64,000 bases of DNA from contig OY781066.1 of the NCBI GenBank assembly GCA_963676395.1, positions 1,440,001 through 1,504,000 on the forward strand, read 5' to 3'. The position numbers and the translations under genes are program-made. The DNA comes from a bacterium (GTDB lineage Bacteria > Fidelibacterota > Fidelibacteria > Fidelibacterales > Fidelibacteraceae). Of this stretch, positions 61,080-64,000 are shown piece by piece (position 1 is the first letter of the stretch; every line of letters starts with the position of its first letter). The notes under the pieces are model-generated. The model had not been told where the DNA came from and ran no database searches. It worked only from the letters and a program-made list of their open reading frames with translations.

Positions 61080-64000
61080 GTTTTTCTTTCATTACTTGAT
61101 TGATCATTTCAAAAAGATCTTTTTGGATAATGGGCTTGGTAATATATCCATTGCAACCGGCTTTTAACGTTTTGTTTTGATCTTCTTTCATAGCAAAAGC
61201 GGTTTGAGCAATGATCATAATATCTTTATTTGTTTTTCTTATCTCTTTTGTTACATCATATCCTGTCATATCAGGTAACTTGATATCCATAAGAATAAGA
61301 TCAATGTCGGGGATGCTTTTAACCAACTTAAGAGCCATGTCTCCGGTTGAAGCTGTTTTTAATGATTTACATTTATCTTCTAATAAAGCCTCCATAAACA
61401 TGCGTGAGGTTTTATCATCTTCTACAAGTAGGATATTCAAATCTTTAGGTGTTTTTGTAATATCGTGTTCAACTTTTGGCGGGGTATCACTGCTCTCATC
61501 CATTGGTAATTCCAGATAAAAAGTCGATCCTTTTCCTTCAATAGAATCTAAACCCAATTTTCCATTTAACATTTCTGCAAAAGCCTTGGATATTGCAAGG
61601 CCGAGACCGGATCCTTCGTAGGGTTTTGAGAGGCTATGATCAGCTTGCATGAATCTTTCAAATATTTTTTCTTGCTTGTTTTTGGGAACACCTATTCCCG
61701 TATCTTCTACATAAAATTCAATTGACTCGTTTTTAATGTTATAGCCGAATTTTATATGTCCGTTATTCGTATATTTTATAGCATTGTTAATAAAATTGCT
61801 GATAATTGCATCGAATTTTTCTTCATCGGTCACGAAATTTGCTTTTGTATCGCTAAGAGTAGGCGCAAATTCCAAAGATAACCCCTTATCCTCCGCATCG
61901 GGTTTAAAAAATTGATAGAAGTGATTCAAATGCTGGTTAAAGTTGATTTGTTTTTTAGTGATCTTTATCTGGTCGGCTTCAATTCTAGAAATATCAATGA
62001 GGTCATTAATTGTTGAAAGCATTCGTTTCCCACTTTTTTTAATGATCTCAATGTAATCACTTCGTTTCTCGGAGTCTAGATCAGGCTGATTTAGTAGATC
62101 GGAAAATCCTAGAATACCATTCATCGGGGTTCTGATTTCATGACTCATGTTGGCAAGAAAAGCAGATTTAAGTTTGTCGGATTCTTTGGCTTTTTCCAAA
62201 GCTGCCGATAGCTTTATTTCAGATTCTTTTCTCTCTGTTATATTTTCCGCCACTTTAATAAAGTTGGTAATTTCACCTTGTTCATCAAAGATGGCGGATA
62301 TTGAAGCGGCTTCCCAGTATAGGGAATTATTTTTTGTTTTGTTTCTAAACTCACCATACCATTCTTTCCCGCTGTTGATGGTTTCCCATAAGTCATTGTA
62401 GTCTTCAGAACTTAATTCACCCGATTTAAGTATATTTGTATTACATTTAATGATCTCATCAACGGTATATCCTGTTAATTCGGTAAATTTCGGATTGGCA
62501 TACTCAATATTTCCCTCGGTATCTGTGATTACAATAATAGAAGGACTTTGTTCAACGGCTGTAGAAAGTTTTAAGATACTTTCTTCGGCTTGTTTTGTTT
62601 CGGTAATGTCCTGAAAAACACAATGTGTTTGTACGAATTGACCTTCCGGATTAGTGCTGATCTTTCCGTCGAGCGAGATGTCAATATAATGCCCATCTTT
62701 GCATCGTATTTTATAGTGAACATTATTGACGGCTCCCTGAACTTTAAGTTTTGAAAAGTTCTTATCGAAATGCTTTGTCCATGAAGGATGTAGGAAGTCA
62801 GCAAAATCCTTGCCAATTACCTCTTCCGAGTTATAACCTAAGGTATCTAACCATTTTGGATTTACATCCTTGATTGTAGCATTTTCATCTAAGGATTGAT
62901 AGGGGATAGGAGAGTTATTGTAAAAGATACGATATCTTGCATCACTTTCACGGACTTGTTGTTCGGCTTTTAATAAATCACTGATATCAACATGAGTGCC
63001 TATCAGGCGTATAGCTTTACCGTTTTCGTCATGAATGATGTCAGCTCGAGAAAGTATATCAACCCAATAACCGTCTTTGTGTTTCATTTTAAATTCCATC
63101 TCAAAACGATCAATTTCTCCTGATACACATTTATTAAACATTTTCCATGAGCTTTCAACATCTTCTTTTTTGGTTAATTTTTCCCATATACTGAAATCAT
63201 TGGGGAGTTCGTCGTATTCATATCCCAACATAGATTTCCAGGCGGGAGAATAGTAGATCTCATTTGTAAGGATGTTCCAGTCAAATAAACCATCTTTTGA
63301 GGCTTTCATGGCAAGATCAAAACGTTTTTCACTCTCTGCGATTTTAAGGTTGGCTGTTTTTTGCTCGGTGACATCATCATAAATAGCAACGATCTCTTTG
63401 TTGGGTAATCTAAAAACCCTATTTTCGTAATAGTTTGAAAAATTATTATCCACATAGATCTTTGCAGGATAAAACGCCGGTTTGCCGGTTTGCCATACTT
63501 TTCTGAATATTTCAATAAGGCCGTACGTATCAATATTTGGTCTTATATCTTTAAGGGTTTTCCCAATAACATCCTCTCGTTTAAGATTTTCTATTTCGAG
63601 AGACATCCTATTGAAGTCCTGAATGACATAGTCACTTCCATATTTTCCATCATTAAGTACCTTGTAGATGGCAATACCGCTGTTCACGGTATTAATCAAT
63701 TGACCATATCGGTATTCGCTTATGTTTTTGGCTTCTTCGATCTTTTTTCGTTCGGTAATATTCTCTACTACTGAAAGAATACGGTCCACTTTATTATGTT
63801 CATTTTTAAGTGGTACGGTTTTGCAAAACTGATATTGATCATTTATGAAGAGTTCAAAATGCTGTTCTTTACCTTTGAAGGTTTTTAAGTAATACTTTTT
63901 TACTTGTTCGGCTTGATCCGAGAAAATATCTTTTAAACCTAAGCCGATGAAATCATCCGGGTTTAACCCCGATTTTGAAAATTCACTCCCTCCTATATAA
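61063..64000 (-). CDS. Multi-PAS hybrid sensor histidine kinase, 5' end outside the window
   Basis: The frame stays open from GTG 63789 to the window edge (a further PAS-like segment); several PAS/PAC units, FLANMSHEIRTPMNG, GSGLGL, receiver ILMDIKLP. Confidence 0.93.
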   Translation of the reverse strand, partial: YIGGSEFSKSGLNPDDFIGLGLKDIFSDQAEQVKKYYLKTFKGKEQHFELFINDQYQFCKTVPLKNEHNKVDRILSVVENITERKKIEEAKNISEYRYGQLINTVNSGIAIYKVLNDGKYGSDYVIQDFNRMSLEIENLKREDVIGKTLKDIRPNIDTYGLIEIFRKVWQTGKPAFYPAKIYVDNNFSNYYENRVFRLPNKEIVAIYDDVTEQKTANLKIAESEKRFDLAMKASKDGLFDWNILTNEIYYSPAWKSMLGYEYDELPNDFSIWEKLTKKEDVESSWKMFNKCVSGEIDRFEMEFKMKHKDGYWVDILSRADIIHDENGKAIRLIGTHVDISDLLKAEQQVRESDARYRIFYNNSPIPYQSLDENATIKDVNPKWLDTLGYNSEEVIGKDFADFLHPSWTKHFDKNFSKLKVQGAVNNVHYKIRCKDGHYIDISLDGKISTNPEGQFVQTHCVFQDITETKQAEESILKLSTAVEQSPSIIVITDTEGNIEYANPKFTELTGYTVDEIIKCNTNILKSGELSSEDYNDLWETINSGKEWYGEFRNKTKNNSLYWEAASISAIFDEQGEITNFIKVAENITERKESEIKLSAALEKAKESDKLKSAFLANMSHEIRTPMNGILGFSDLLNQPDLDSEKRSDYIEIIKKSGKRMLSTINDLIDISRIEADQIKITKKQINFNQHLNHFYQFFKPDAEDKGLSLEFAPTLSDTKANFVTDEEKFDAIISNFINNAIKYTNNGHIKFGYNIKNESIEFYVEDTGIGVPKNKQEKIFERFMQADHSLSKPYEGSGLGLAISKAFAEMLNGKLGLDSIEGKGSTFYLELPMDESSDTPPKVEHDITKTPKDLNILLVEDDKTSRMFMEALLEDKCKSLKTASTGDMALKLVKSIPDIDLILMDIKLPDMTGYDVTKEIRKTNKDIMIIAQTAFAMKEDQNKTLKAGCNGYITKPIIQKDLFEMINQVMKEKHEKKK

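Overview
A 64 kb stretch of bacterial chromosome with no rRNA, tRNA, CRISPR array or transposase that I can see. It has several secreted proteins ending in a 'NYPNPFNPxT...GxY' T9SS/FlgD-type C-terminal domain, a TonB receptor, Shine-Dalgarno-led genes and sigma70-type promoters. That combination suggests an anaerobic FCB-group organism such as a Marinimicrobia-like lineage (inference). Left half, + strand: two tandem PiT-PhoU phosphate transporters, a membrane pyrophosphatase (hppA), an AraC-GyrI regulator, a peptidoglycan/amino-sugar cluster (HGSNAT/NagX-like, NamZ, GHL10), rnfCDGEAB-rseC, type III glutamine synthetase, and a rex-led hfs-type operon with sensory and catalytic [FeFe] hydrogenases. 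Right half, mostly - strand: two hybrid histidine kinases, three CotH-family proteins, a FetAB-like ABC transporter, a 2-oxoacid:ferredoxin oxidoreductase, rseP, a TonB receptor/lipoprotein pair, GH18, dnaG, a GH-A-like secreted protein, a 2-hydroxyacid dehydrogenase and lgt. The strongest hidden signal is inside the AraC-GyrI gene. Its linker holds two 17-bp direct repeats, a -10 box, a GGAGG site and an in-frame ATG, spaced exactly like the araBAD promoter, which suggests a self-activated nested gene making the GyrI domain alone. Other notable items: a structured candidate ncRNA between the pit paralogues, three palindromes at an exact 25-bp period upstream of glnA, a Rex box, and a frameshifted GH18 pseudogene fragment absent from the ORF track. 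All family assignments come from motif recognition, not database searches.
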